The position numbers were made by a program, and so were the translations under genes. This document shows, piece after piece, positions 25,882-38,478 of a stretch of 64,000 bases of DNA. Source of the stretch: Phoronis australis (Eukaryota; Animalia; Phoronida); NCBI GenBank assembly GCA_002633005.1, contig NMRA01000268.1, positions 130,585-194,584 on the forward strand. The letters are read 5' to 3'. The stretch's first letter is position 1, and each line of letters begins with the position of its first letter. The notes beneath the pieces were generated by a model, which saw only the letters and a program-made list of their open reading frames with translations, made no database searches and was not told where the DNA came from.

Positions 25882-25978
25882 ACACACACACACACACGCA
25901 CGCACGCAGGCATGCACGCACGTACACAAACACACACATACACACACACGCACGCACGCAGGCATGCACGCACGTACA

Positions 25979-26017
<39 letters not shown>

Positions 26018-26036
26018 ACACACACACACACACACA
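25882..26036. repeat. (CA)n/(CACG)n microsatellite
   Basis: Directly visible; source of the CV-repeat spurious ORFs. Confidence 0.95.
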
Positions 26037-26949
26037 TATTTGTTGACTACTTTTGTCGAGAAGTCGCTGTTTGCCTGTAACCGCGTGCCAAGAGACTTGC
26101 TTGATTATTCCATTATGAGCAAAGTTGACAAATGAAAATGAAACAATAACGTTAGGCTTGATTTGAGGACTAGAACACTCGATCAAAACTCAAGTATAGT
26201 ACGCAACCGGAAGTTTAAGATGCAAATCCTCGTATCCAGTCCTGTGAAATCTCGGGGTCGCTAACCGAAACACTAGAATGCTTTGTCAAGTCTTTGAGTT
26301 TTATTGTCGTATCTAGAACACACGATTTTTAACCAATCATATCATTCTTCCCTTGAATTCCAGATGAACGATTGAACATTTTCTCCGGTTTACGTTTTCA
26401 AAGCACTGAATTACTCAGTCGAGATTGCCTTGCTCGTCACCCAAAGCGAGACGCTGCCCGCACTGAATATTTAGCTGCACGTTTTAGCTGTGTGCCAAAT
26501 CAAGCAGAGCATGCCCCTAAACTGACAACAGATACTATGAGATTGTATTTAGTTGGCTTTTTGTTTGGTTGGTTGGTAGAATGATATCTTGTATGTCATC
26601 TTAGAGTACCAGAATAAACATGGAATTCAAAGTTAGTTCAAGGTATCATAATATTAAGCAAGCGGTCGCTTTTGTTGGGATTAATTTTAATAAACATCTG
26701 CAATAAATCGAAAAACTACAAGTTCCATTTGGCTTTATTCATATTTGAAAGCATAATAGCAAATATTGTACCTAAACAGCGTGCTGTATTGAGGTTGTCT
26801 TATATTTTGCCTTGTCCGAGGTTTTAACATACGATCAGAGACAGTAGAGAGGGAGACTAACCACCGGGCGAAATCCTATTGGACGCCAATGGCGGCCATT
26901 GTTGTTTCGTGGACCGTAGAGACGTCTAGCGGGCGTGTGTGCAATAAAC

Positions 26950-27195
26950 AAATATGGCAAGATAAGACGGCTTCAATCGGAAAAAATGCAATGGTGCTTT
27001 TTGCAACGCCTGCTGCTGCAGCAACAGTTAATTGAAAATTCGTGACTGATGCTTTTTTGCTTCCCCACTGATTACGATAGATGATGTTCACGATTGAAAT
27101 AAAGGATGTTTTTGCGTGAAACTGTTGCCAGTCAACCAGTGATGGAGTGGGTGATTTGCACTTAATGTCTTTGCTGTTCCATGCATTTGGTCGCT
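26950..27195 (+). pseudogene. Degenerate THAP-domain remnant
   Basis: GAFCNACCCSNS, then FPTD, then LCCSMHL, in the order of the THAP C2CH motifs; frames disrupted. Confidence 0.4.
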
Positions 27196-29133
27196 TATAT
27201 AGAAAATTATCGTAAATTGTTTGCATGAGTTTGAGAACTACTGATTCGTTTATTCTATGTCCATTGATTGCTTTCTTTCATTTCTTTCTGCAGTCTTAAT
27301 ACATTCAGATCTAAAAGATATAATATTTACTATTTATTTACTAATTTTATTATTGCTACGTCATCATATATTTGTTTTTATCTATTCTTTGGCTTCGTTT
27401 ATTATTATTTATTTAATTTATATTTTTATTTATTCATTGTTTTTATTTATCCATTGCTACTTATTTAAATTATTTCTTGTGATCCCATACGGTCAGCATT
27501 CTGGTTGTCGTTAATCATGGCATGGAAATAAGTGAAAAATGATATTAATTTATGGTTTAGTAACCTACTTGATAATTTTCAATTGGAAGTGTCGAAGGAA
27601 ATGTTCTTTTAAAAGCATATTGAGCCCTACATCGGTGGGTACTTCGGTAGTATGTGTATTACCTTGGAAACCCCGTTACACTCAGTGACGATATCGTTTG
27701 TTTAGATTTTTGTTTTGACACGGGTCTTAAAACATCAAGTCATGAAATAAGGTGTCATTGTTATTTACTTTGGAGTTGGCCACTTTTACCTGCCGATGTC
27801 GGCTTAATATGCTTTAAGTAACTGCTGATAGTTGATTTTAAAAAATGTGATTAGCTAACGAAAGCTGGAAAGCATCGTAAAACTACCTAAATGGACTGCG
27901 TATTCAATAGGCATCTTGGCCTCTTTATGGGGGCATACAAGGCAGGTTTATTGGACTGCAGGCAGGAATTCCATTCCTAGCTGGTTTTCAACCCCCTACC
28001 CTTCTTGAATCCAGTCTCATTCATTTCCACCCACCCCAATTATCTACCCATTTCGGATACCATCAGGTAAGGACGCTGGGGGTCCAGTGAATCAGTCCCA
28101 AATAGTGACTCCACTCTTTTCCCTAAAACTACTGCGTATTTGTGAGCTTTCTACGTCGAATTCTCAATGTTATTGAAAATAAGTAGGGATCTTTTCATGC
28201 AACTCCCCTAATTAAATATTTTGACTAAATTAAGGGCTCAGCGTTTTAGTTACATTATTAGAAAACGTCAAAAGTCAAAAGAGGAGCTCGTAATAAAAAT
28301 AAAATGATAGAAAAATATAGAAACTGTGAGTGAGGAACGAAAAAAAAATACGCAAAAGATTTAGGCAATACAGTTGAGCACAGGCGGATCCTTTGCCAAA
28401 GGGGTCGGACCTTCTGTTTTCCCTCACTTTTAGTGATGTCATAGGTAAAATTTTCTTATTGTTGACTTGGGCCACCTTTCTCAAAGATTCTTCGATCCGA
28501 TCCCCCACCTTTTAAAAAATCATAGATCTGCCCCTGTTGAGTGTTGAGCTGATATTTGGGACTGTTTCATGAAACTGGGCACTGGCCCCCGTGCTTGAAT
28601 GTATAATGTCGTAAGGTGTGAATTTTCGAAACAAAGTTCTGGACCCGTGTTTGGATGGGATAAGAGCGCAGTTTTTGGACATTGGCGTAGGAGACCTTTC
28701 ACGGTTCGGGTATGAGAGTCTGTTAATTTTTCGATTATATTTTAAAACAATGTTTATGCGCTGAAAGTTTTAATATTTAATTGTTAATTGATATCAACAC
28801 CTGGAATATTGGGGAGAGAAAGCTATCTCCGCCTCCAACCTTTTGGTTGAGGGTGCCCCCCGTTTTTGCTCCTACGTCTTCTTCAGCAGATCTATCTTAT
28901 GTTTAGTACTTCCCTGACCTCCCTGGACAAAATCCTACAGGTTATGTACCTGCTCGCCCTCCAATCGCCTATTTTCACCTGTTTACCTCTGGTTACTGAG
29001 TCACACTCTTGCTTATGATGTACTTTTCTCGTAATTTTTATTACCTTTCCTGCCCAATTTTTTTCTTGATATACACTATATTTTGCCTATGAGTATTTTC
29101 CATTGCATTGCTCATGTTTTTGTTTACAATATT

Positions 29134-29420
29134 TTAAACAAAGACACTTGACAATTTTGAATTTGACAAACTAAAATCGGCCGTAATCAACGCCTTTCGT
29201 ACTTCGTAGGCGCACACACACCCGCTCGGTGTCCCTAACGTCCATGACGCAATAATGGCGGCAGCCTTAGTGATAGTCTTGTTAACGTCTTTGATTAGAT
29301 CATGAACAAAAGAGCACGCTTCGCATCCGTCAATGATAAATCCACGTTCTTGCGCTGTTGAAACTTTGCGTAAATTCCAGTTCAATTCTAGACATTGTTC
29401 TAAGATCACCAAATTTTGTG
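29134..29420 (-). mobile_element. Possible restriction-like endonuclease tail of a non-LTR retrotransposon
   Basis: NWNLRKVSTAQERGFI...KTITKAAAIIASW loosely resembles the GW..E.G.RGF...AA..AS.W tail of RLE-clade elements. Confidence 0.3.
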
Positions 29421-29944
29421 AACCACGTGAAATACTGTGATACATGTAGTACGTAGCCTTAAACGACGGGCTATTGTCGTGTGACGTGCGCGTCTTTTCG
29501 CACTGATTGCAGACGCTGAATTAATGCGGCGTGAGTAGTAATACTAGAGAGTTGGAAGTCCGCACATTGAAAGTGCAAAATTTAGTCACAATTACTCTCA
29601 AATTCCTTGTCAAGTATTAATCTGCACACGTTGAAATAACGATCGCGTGATTACATTTATCTGCAGAAAAAATACGGAGAATATAATAATATATAGTTGC
29701 TCGCAAATTAAGAGCTTCAAAAGAACTTATTCACTCGAAGATTTCTCTCTTTACAATTCACTTGTCCCAATAACATTTCGTACGCGATGACCAAACTCCA
29801 GTCCTGGAACCAAACTCAAGGCTTGTGAACCAATGCAGTTTAGGTATCTGTAAATAAAAACAGTCACGCGATCGGCACAGCCAGTACCGCCTAGCTGCAG
29901 ATTTCCCTACGCCAGCAAGCAAAAACTACTAGACTAAGTGCATT

Positions 29945-30757
29945 GTAGCTTAGCCGTCTTTCTTCTCGTGAATAAATCAAAGCCTATTGTTTTTGGTTGA
30001 AATCAGACGCAAGATGTCGTTGTGGCAGCCATCTTTCATTTCTTTAGCTTGCGGAGCCTTAGATCCTCTATCTCTGGAAGGATTTATATGAAAATTGAAG
30101 TTTGAATAGATTTCCTCAAGAGCTATAGGATTGGTGCTAACTTTTTTCTCCAATTGACTTCTCGTTCTCTAGTTATACGAGAATGTCCGATGACTGCCAT
30201 TGAACTGATTGGATTTTTGGGCCGTGTCTCCGGCGTTACTTATCGGCTCTTTCTGAAATTCAGCATGAGGATAGATATCGTTAAGTTCTTTCAGATGACT
30301 TGCCTTCTAATGACAAATCCTCGCTACAATGTTGCGACGTTTAGCCCGCATTTGTTCTCCGATCTATATGAAATAACATACTGAACATGTGCCTCGTCGA
30401 GGTTTATTTTTTATTGAAATTGGACGAAATATGGTGCTATGGTGATCATTTTACTATTTTTCGCTTTCCAGAACCATAGCTTCGACATTTTTTTCTGAAA
30501 TTTGGTATGTGTATGGATCTCGTTCTTGAGTTATTGAAACTGTACTGGTTCTTTCATTGACCGACTCCTCACTGTTATTTTGGTCTACCAAATGCATGTT
30601 ATACATGATATTTCTCGTCGGATCGAAATGAAATTTACACAGTCACGCATCCATGTTTTCTTTTTCATGGCCATCTCCATCACTACTATCGCCAGTTTCG
30701 TTGGTGTCAGCGGGTGGCGGGGTACGCCATGTAGTATCCATTACCTCATATTGTTCT
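29945..30757 (+). mobile_element. Old HINE-like element with degenerate tandem cores
   Basis: Recurrent tgaaattt / ggccatct motifs at ~150-bp spacing; 3' end ggggtac..stem-loop..attgtt. Confidence 0.45.
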
Positions 30758-31227
30758 TGCGTTCAAACGGAAAAGCATGGGAGGGGAGCAAGCAAACTGA
30801 GAGACTGTCTATCCTACTGCGTACTCTGAAAAGATGACAAAAGTATTTGCCCTCTTATTCAAATAATTGTGAAATTCCAGGAAGGCCGTAGGAGTCCTGG
30901 GTGTGGAGTTAATCCTAGTGAGGAGGTGAAGCATGAGATGAGGGACAAACGGTTGCACAATTCAAAAACATTGGGACTCGCTGTGGTGTTTAGAGTAAAT
31001 CACTTCCCCACGTCGTGCGACAGTCAAGGATAGGTAGGTGTGGAACAAGTGCCCGATCAAGGAAAGTATTTAGCGACGTCGACGTGCGGTGCAGGCGAAT
31101 TTCCTAGAACAAATCCAAACATAACACCATTGCCTCAAGGTGAAGGGAGAGACATCTGCCAGCCAATCCTACCACATCGCGGCAGGACTGGTCGAGCAAA
31201 GAGAATCTACACATGCACATTATTACT

Positions 31228-31239
31228 ATGGCTGAAAAT
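31228..31239 (+). CDS. CD225/dispanin gene, candidate first coding exon (MAEN)
   Basis: ATG in good context (actATGg) followed by a phase-0 GTGAGA donor at 31240; compatible with the next exon but not proven. Confidence 0.45.
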
Positions 31240-31467
31240 GTGAGAATGTAGTATTTTATTTTAATGTGCGCCGTTTGTGGTAGTCATCTGAAAATGGCCT
31301 ATGGGGTACAACCCTAACAGGGTCTTCAGAGCGTGTTTGTCATTTTGACTATGGAAATTCATAATCTGTTTACGTAGATCTTTTCACTGGAAGCGTGTCA
31401 TTATTTAACCCGAGAAAACACCTCCAAGTGCAATGTGGAAATTCTAGTTTTCTAATCATACTTGCAG

Positions 31468-31608
31468 AAAACAGGCCAGCTGCCACCCCCCTACTCCGAG
31501 AATCCTCTCCAGCCAGATACTAACGTAGATAGTACCTCGATTTATAATGAGAAGACAACGGCACAGAACTATTATCCCATGGAAGAGGAATTTATTGTTG
31601 GAGTCCAG
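31468..31608 (+). CDS. CD225/dispanin (PRRT1/IFITM-like) protein, Pro-rich N-terminal exon
   Basis: Acceptor cttgcag; KTGQLPPPYSENPLQ...IVGVQ (PPPY motif); phase-0 GTGTGT donor at 31609. Confidence 0.75.
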
Positions 31609-32704
31609 GTGTGTTTTTATCTTTTTGCGACAGGTGTTCTGTTGTTGACGCTAACGAACCGAAATTCTACCCTAAGTTTTTAGGAGTTGATTACTGCGCT
31701 GCGTTGAGACGCACGAAATGGAATGTTGCTTTTGAAAACAAGTTTCATTATTTTGTACGTCAACTGAAAAATTGCTTTCATTTCATGAAGTCTATTTTTC
31801 AATAATGGCCGTCCAGTCGTAAGTACGAGTCTATATCGTTCGTAAGATTCTTCCAAAGACTCTTAGAGGAAAATAGCTGATAGTATTATTTAAAATAAAT
31901 TTAGTTTCACCTGTATCCGTAGCATCACTTTCAAACAAGGGTTTATTCAAATGACCCACTTCTAGCCATTTGCCCGCATTCGCATCATTTTGGATATAGG
32001 CGCAGCTTCGAATAATAGAGCATGGGCCCAAATACGCGCATATACGGAAATTAGCTGTATGTGATTTCCGTCGATTTAGACAACAGGAGAAATTTAAACC
32101 TTCAAAAAAACAATTGTGCCGAAAGTTCGAACCGTATAGGTTAAAGAAAGCGCCAGAAATCGAAAGATTTTGCAGTGTAACAGCACAAATTAAACACTTT
32201 GTTATCAGTGGTAATAAACTACGGACAATGTACGAGAAAGAACTGACTACTTGCGATATATCAGTACAGAAGTGCTTTTGGTTTCGAGTCCGATACAGAA
32301 TAGCATCAACACTTTACCCGGCACGCCGCTTGTTTCTGAATTCGGGGAGACAACGTAATAAATTTCTTCGAGACATCAGCACGGTTGCTGATGTCTCGAA
32401 GAAATTTATTACGTTGTCATGTGAACGCACCCCATGAACGCGTTCCATAACATCTGTCGCTCGAGAGACACTTGCTGCGAGTTTAGTTAATGGAAAGTAA
32501 GCATTAGAAATTCCCTCAGAATTCTACATTTCAGTCTCGCCATCTATTCACATCAGTGGCGGCTGTCTTGCTATTGTTCTCTGGCAAAGTAGCGAGGTTA
32601 GTTGCCTTTCACTCTCTTGTTCTTGCGTGATCTCACCAAACCTGTCGGAAACTCACCGTAAGGAACTTTCGCCATATTACGTATATACTTCTTTTCTCCA
32701 ACAG

Positions 32705-32959
32705 CCTCCTGTGATGACGATAATTGTACAGCCTCGTCCCCCAAACCATTCTATGCTGTTTGCTATCATCACGGCCTTTATCAGCTTGCCTTTTGGCATG
32801 GCGGCCATCTTCTTGTCTTGTCAGTCAGAACAGTCATACTTCAGCGGTGACTACGAAACGGGGCAACGCCTAGCAAAGATGTCCAAGTGCGTCAGTCTTG
32901 CTGGAATAAGCGTTGGTGGTGTAATGAGTATAATTCTCATTGTCATACTTGTAACGTGA
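32705..32959 (+). CDS. CD225/dispanin (PRRT1/IFITM-like) protein, CD225 domain exon
   Basis: Acceptor cttttctccaacag, phase 0; PPNHSMLFAIITAFISLPFGMAAIFLS..S.....GD...QRLAKMSK..SLAGISVG plus a C-terminal TM helix, which is the CD225 pattern. Confidence 0.88.
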   Translation, partial: PPVMTIIVQPRPPNHSMLFAIITAFISLPFGMAAIFLSCQSEQSYFSGDYETGQRLAKMSKCVSLAGISVGGVMSIILIVILVT

Positions 32960-33329
32960 TGTAAATCCAAGTCTTACAACAGTTAAAAATACAATAAGTC
33001 AATGGATATCGCCATTCTTTCATGTTTTTCTCACAATGCTGTTAGCATCGTGCGTGTGGGTTAAGGAAGTATTTGAATCAACAAAATATGCTTCATTCAA
33101 GGACTGAGGAGAACAGACTTGAAAGGCGTGTCATTGGATGTTTTCCGAAAACCCGAAAAGCAGTCGTTCCTTTACAGTAAACATATAACATATAAAACAT
33201 TTAAAGGATTTTTTATTTCAAATAGCAGATTATTATTCGCAGAAATGAAATTGCTTTGTAATCAATGTTTACTTGATGTTGTTTTAGGAGTTTTGTTTTT
33301 TGTTTGGTCGCATGCTACATGTCGCATTT

Positions 33330-34110
33330 CTTTTCAGATGAGGTTAAAATTTACAAAGAACATGTGTTTTGTAAATGGCTCGCGGAGACTGTTTTTAATT
33401 GAAATCGGACGCAAAATGGCGTTATGGCGTTTATCAAAATTTTGATTTGTGTAGCCATAGCTCCATTGTCTCTGGAGGTATTTTTCTTATTTTTTCTGCG
33501 GATATAACATTTCAAGGGTTATCGGAAGTGTGCCTTCTCTTTTTGCCTACGACTTCCCGTTATCGAGTTATTCAAGATTACCCAATAACTGTTCTCGAAG
33601 TAATTGATTATCTCCCGTGTCTCTTGACGGTTCTGTCTGAAATTTTGTGCGTAGGTAAACCTCGTCAAGAGCTATCAGCAATGTGAAATCTGTTTCTCGC
33701 TACAACTCACCGTTCTCGAGATTTTTAAGATTTCCTGGTCCGATGACAGTTCTCTATAGTATTGACGTCACATTCGTGCCACAGGACTGATCACCATGAC
33801 ATTTCAACACATGTTTATCTTGTCAAGGGCTAGAGGGCTTTGGTTTTGAAACAAAATCGGTAGCAAGCTGTCGCTGTGGTGGCCTTTCTTTCTAATTTTC
33901 GGTTTCCTAAGCCATACATCCGTTTTCTCAAGAAGGTTTTTTTCTAAAATTCGGTTAGTCGATAAGTCCTTCAAAGACCAATCGAAGCTGTACCATCTGT
34001 TTCTTTACAACTTACAGTTCTCAGGTCATTCAACATTTTCTAATTACGGCTCTTTATCGATTAATGGAGTTTTCGCACCAATCTCTGGCTTCCCTCGGCT
34101 TGTCTAAATT
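33330..34110 (+). mobile_element. HINE-like repeat with degenerate tandem cores
   Basis: gaaatcggacgcaa.atgg core shared with 43530-43890 and ~30000; repeated at ~150-bp spacing. Confidence 0.5.
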
Positions 34111-34417
34111 TTATCGCGAGGTAGCGCTTTCGTACATGTAGAGTGCGCGCGCTGTACGCTGTCGGCTGGGTCGAATTCAGTAACTTTATCGTAGCGAGAA
34201 AAATCTAGCCAAATTCACGTGTTCCTATTGAAAATCTGCGGCGGAATCTCACGATAGCTTGCTTTTCTACCTGGACATTAGCATATACTGAACTGCTCGC
34301 CTGGTCATTCATAGTTGGTGTGACTTTCATCCAGTTCCAAGGGCATGCACAGCTGTTCACGACGTAGGACGATAGTTCCTCCGATGTGTAGTCGCAAATA
34401 GGCATTTAGGACTCTAG

Positions 34418-36097
34418 AATAGCTCACTTGCGAGTTTCTAGTTAGTCAATGTGACGTCACAGGAAGAAGGGCAAAACCCGCCATATTGCTCTTGTTTTAC
34501 CCCAAGCCTTTGCTACACATGCTAAATCTTACACTAGAGTTCTTATGGTGCAGTTTTAGCTTAAAACGTTAACACAACTTAAGAGATAGTAGATGGATCG
34601 TGGAGTAACTGTGAATGGACGAAGAAAATGTGAACTTGTTATGTTGTGCGAAGCTGTGAACGGACTGAAATTGGACCTCAAACCGGTCTAGGCCTCACTT
34701 CAAAATACAGCAAACAAAATCAAATGAAACATGCACATGGAGTTATAATTAACACATACCCTGACTCTGGATACAATTTAGTCTACAAGTAACTTGAACA
34801 TATCCATGAAAACCTCGCGGTTCGCTCGAGTTTCTCTCCCCCAGGCGCCATTTTAAGGAAGTTACGTGAAATCACGCCTGTTGACGAACAAAAAGTCCTA
34901 GGGGCACAAATCTTACAAATTTCACTTGATATTTGCTCAGGCCATTTTGTAAGTGTCACGCGCCAAGTCACGCGCTTCGCTCAGTCTCGCCCTAGCCTTT
35001 GCCTCATCGCAGAATGGTGAATGTTGGCCAATTCCCCTTTTGTCCACTGACGTCACAAGCATACTGGCGGCCCCAGTGGAGGCCCTGAAAACTCATAACT
35101 AAACCGAGTTCATGAACCCGGTAGCATCCAGCCTAGCAACGGCCGAGCCAAGCTGGCGAACGGACTTGTATTTATTGTGGGACGTTGAGTATCGTTTTTT
35201 TTTCTAAAAACATAATGCATGGTATATAATAATGAATGGTATATAGTATCAAATAATTATGGTTGAAAGATTCCTTTTTAGTCGAGCGTAAACGAGGCTA
35301 TTTCGCGTGGGGATAAAACTTTGGCTTTGCCGTGTGTAACACAGAAGAACATTTGGATGGTGTTGCAGGATCGCGAGAATGAATATTCCAATTTTCTTAA
35401 TTTATTGGAACAATATTAATTTTCTGAGAGGTATGACATGCAACATTATTTCAAAAACACACTAAAACATAGCGACTCTGGAAAAATCATAAAAAACACT
35501 TTAACCACAGTCGCCAGCATGCTTGTTTACGAGTTCTCAGGGCCACTGGGGGCGCCAGTATGCTTGTGACGTCAGTGGACAAAAGGGGAATTGGCCAACA
35601 TTCACCATTCTGCCATACCACCTGACTCAGTTGAAATACTTTGTGGTTATCGCGCGCGCGGTCAAAGCTCACTGTAACCACAAAGTGGGGTTGGAATTCT
35701 TCGCCAGAGTCACCTGAATTCCCGTAGCTATGAAGAAAGTAAGCACCCTTTTAGGTGATAATTTTAGGTGTAGATGGTATTTTTGACGAGGTGAAAACTT
35801 AATCAGTGAGCGGATTTCGCATTCCGCCCGTTTAAAATGCACGGGACGACTTTAGTACAGAACGCGATAGAACGTATTATAGTGCGAATCTGAATTTCAT
35901 TTGCCATAACAGCAATGCTTGTTTGGCATTTTTCGAACTTAACGGTTAAAAACTCGAAGTAAACACTAAACAGAATACAATCTGCTACCGTATTGGGCAA
36001 ATTGCCAAACGACAAGCTTTTGCTCCACTTCCCGTGACGTCACAGGTAAGTCTCACATAATCTCGCGTTATTGTTATAAACTCGCAAAAGGTCTATT
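34418..36097. mobile_element. Non-autonomous TIR element with TAG...CTA ends (Academ-like)
   Basis: Left end aatagctcacttgcgagtttcta; right end reverse-complements to aatagaccttttgcgagtttata; subterminal gtgacgtcac at both ends. Confidence 0.55.
35008..35614. mobile_element. MITE with near-perfect TIRs of at least 70 bp, nested in the 34418-36097 element
   Basis: gcagaatggtgaatgttggccaattcccc...ccagtgg at 35009 and its reverse complement ending at 35613; AT flanks both sides (possible 2-bp TSD). Confidence 0.85.
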
Positions 36098-36634
36098 GCG
36101 TTCTTAGCGTAGTTTGCTATTAGTAATTTCTTATTCTTATTTTATCCCTTCGTCCTACCCAGTCAGAGTTGTCAATTTTTACCGATAGGTGGTGCTAGTA
36201 GTACTTCCAGAAGTTTTCACCGCAACTTATGAACACCTAAACAAAAGTTTGGAAATTTGTTTACATTAATTTTGGTTTATTTAAATTATGTTGCATTCTA
36301 ATGGAAAGTTCAGCTATTCCCCTTTCCAACTATACCACATTTTGTCAATAACTTGAACTTTTGATTTGCTCAGTAGGCCTAACTTTGGTGCCAAAAAAGG
36401 CTTGGTCTCTTAAAAAGTGAAGTTCCAAATTTCCCTGTTTTTTTGCCAAGTAGTGTCACCATCTGTAATGTGCTGATTATTAACACCGGGGGTAAACACC
36501 AAATTTGTGAGACGCTGATTAATAGCATGGAACTCCTGCTGTTAGCAAGTTCAGTGTCAATCGCAATTATGCAAATTGTGTTCGGAGTGCCCAGTTTGCG
36601 GCTCTCTTCAAATGTGAAAATCTGGTGTTCTGGT

Positions 36635-36805
36635 TCCAAGTGGAATGGCCCGCATGCAGCTCACACTTATCCCTATCGAACACCTGTGGGACCAACTCGG
36701 ACGGGCTGTACGCGCGCGAGTGACCAACACAACCACTGTGACTGATTTTAGGCACTTACTGACTCAGGAGTGAAATGCCATCGCACAGCAACACGTCACC
36801 CGATA
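36635..36805 (+). mobile_element. Tc1/mariner transposase C-terminal remnant
   Basis: EWPACSSHL-SPIEHLWDQLGRAVRAR...LTQE*NAI matches Tc1 WPxxSPDLNPIExxW; frameshifted. Confidence 0.85.
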
Positions 36806-37186
36806 CTGAGAGGACTATCACTGTTGTCTATCAGTCAGACTGTCACTAGTCTACTGTCTGTCAGTCAGCTGTTCAATAGATAAAGTGTTTAAGTGTTGCT
36901 AAATTGTCATAATTTTTATTACCATGGAATCAGCACTGTAATTGTTATTGAAAAAGCTGAATGCTCGAACTTGAATACACATTTTGCTCCAACTGAATTT
37001 GTAGCATTCACTCTTTGGCAGCAAAGTTACTAAACACAATAAATATTTATTGAAAGAATGTGGTATCGTTGGAAAGGAGAACGACTGGGCTTTTCGTTGG
37101 TATGCAATGTGATATATTTTAACAAAACAATTATAAAAACACAAGCGAGTGAACACAACTTTAGAAACTCCTCTTTTAAGTGTTTA

Positions 37187-37810
37187 TATAGATTGTTACA
37201 TGACGAGTTCGTTATCCCCAGTAATTAGAGCCCGAGTGAAATTTGGATAATTTCCAAAATCCAACGAGGGCTCTAGATAAGGGAGATAACTACTGAGAAC
37301 ATGCAATAACCTATGCCACTCACTGAACGATAAACATTACAATGAATCGATCTGTTTTTCTCGACTTGCCTCGGCTTTGTAACTACTTTGTATGTCAGAG
37401 ACTCGGGGTCGGAAGTCGTGACATTTTAAGAAACGCCGTCATTCTTGTTAAACCAATGTTTTTATTCAAAACCAATTGAATTTTTTGACAAAAATATATA
37501 CTAATTGAATCTAGAAAATACGTTTTTTGCTTAAAAGCAAATAGGCCAGCTTGCTACTCATCTTATCATGCTAAGCTTCCACCATCGAAATAGCGTCTGC
37601 TAAAGTAGGTTACCACTGGTTACTGAGAATAATCTCCAAGTCAAAGATTCCCGACGATATGTTACCTACATTAAAACTGGAGAGTGAGAGAAAATGACAA
37701 CTAAATTTTACTGTATTAAATATGTCGTTTTTATTGAAATTGTACATCTTATTTTTCACAGCATTCGGTACAATGCGAATATTGCGCGTCCTCATTTAAG
37801 TATTCAATAC
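37187..37810 (+). mobile_element. Hairpin element, family B copy 2 (3' truncated)
   Basis: Hairpin at 37187-37315 with the centre deleted; body collinear with 62360-62880. Confidence 0.75.
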
Positions 37811-38316
37811 ACCTTATCGTTGGTAGCAGTTCCTAAATCATTCACTAGCAAGGCGCCACCTGTCATGCAAAGCAGTTTGAAATAGCGTACACGGAAGACG
37901 ACGCGTTATGGACTAAGTTAAATGTAATGGGTGTTCTGTGGCCTAAAACATTATTTCAAGATCGAGGGGTGCCATTTAGTGCAACCAAAATTGAAAAATT
38001 AGAGACAAGAAAATGCGAAGCGAGTGGATAACACAAGTTCGTTAGAATAATTTTGAACCGAATAGCCGGAGTTCCCTGTCTTGAAGATACCCGCTCAATA
38101 CCGGTACGACTGAAATCAAGAATATTTCCTTGGCTGCTTTCCGGTTTCCGACATGCCTTCTGCGAAAATGTACCTGATTTCCAAAATAATGTCACGCTTT
38201 TTATCTCCGCGACAACGGAGAGTTCTGTTGTGTAATTGGGAACGGCCCTAATGGGGGTGCACAGCGCGTATGCACTCACGTGCCACAGAGACTCGCACAT
38301 GGGCACCAGGCAATGC

Positions 38317-38478
38317 AGGTGTGCGTTCAGTAACGCTAGGACCTACAGTATGTTAGGACCTAGCTAAAATCTAGTTTTAGTCACGTGTTCTCACTTAAAA
38401 TACACGGACATATCTCACGTAATCTCGGGAAGTCTTGCTTTTTAGCGAGGTCCTAGCGTTACTGAACGGGAGGCAGAT
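38317..38478. mobile_element. ~160-bp MITE (same family as 10417-10573)
   Basis: TIR cgttcagtaacgctaggacct / aggtcctagcgttactgaacg. Confidence 0.8.

Noticed and set aside
25780-26186. Cys/Val-rich ORFs
   Set aside because: Translation of a (TG)n microsatellite.
27257-27514. Hydrophobic 'membrane protein' ORFs
   Set aside because: Low-complexity (TTTA)-rich DNA.
29834-29848. ATGCAGTTTAG|GTATCT as first coding exon of the CD225 gene
   Set aside because: A phase-2 join puts the 31468 exon out of frame with an early stop.
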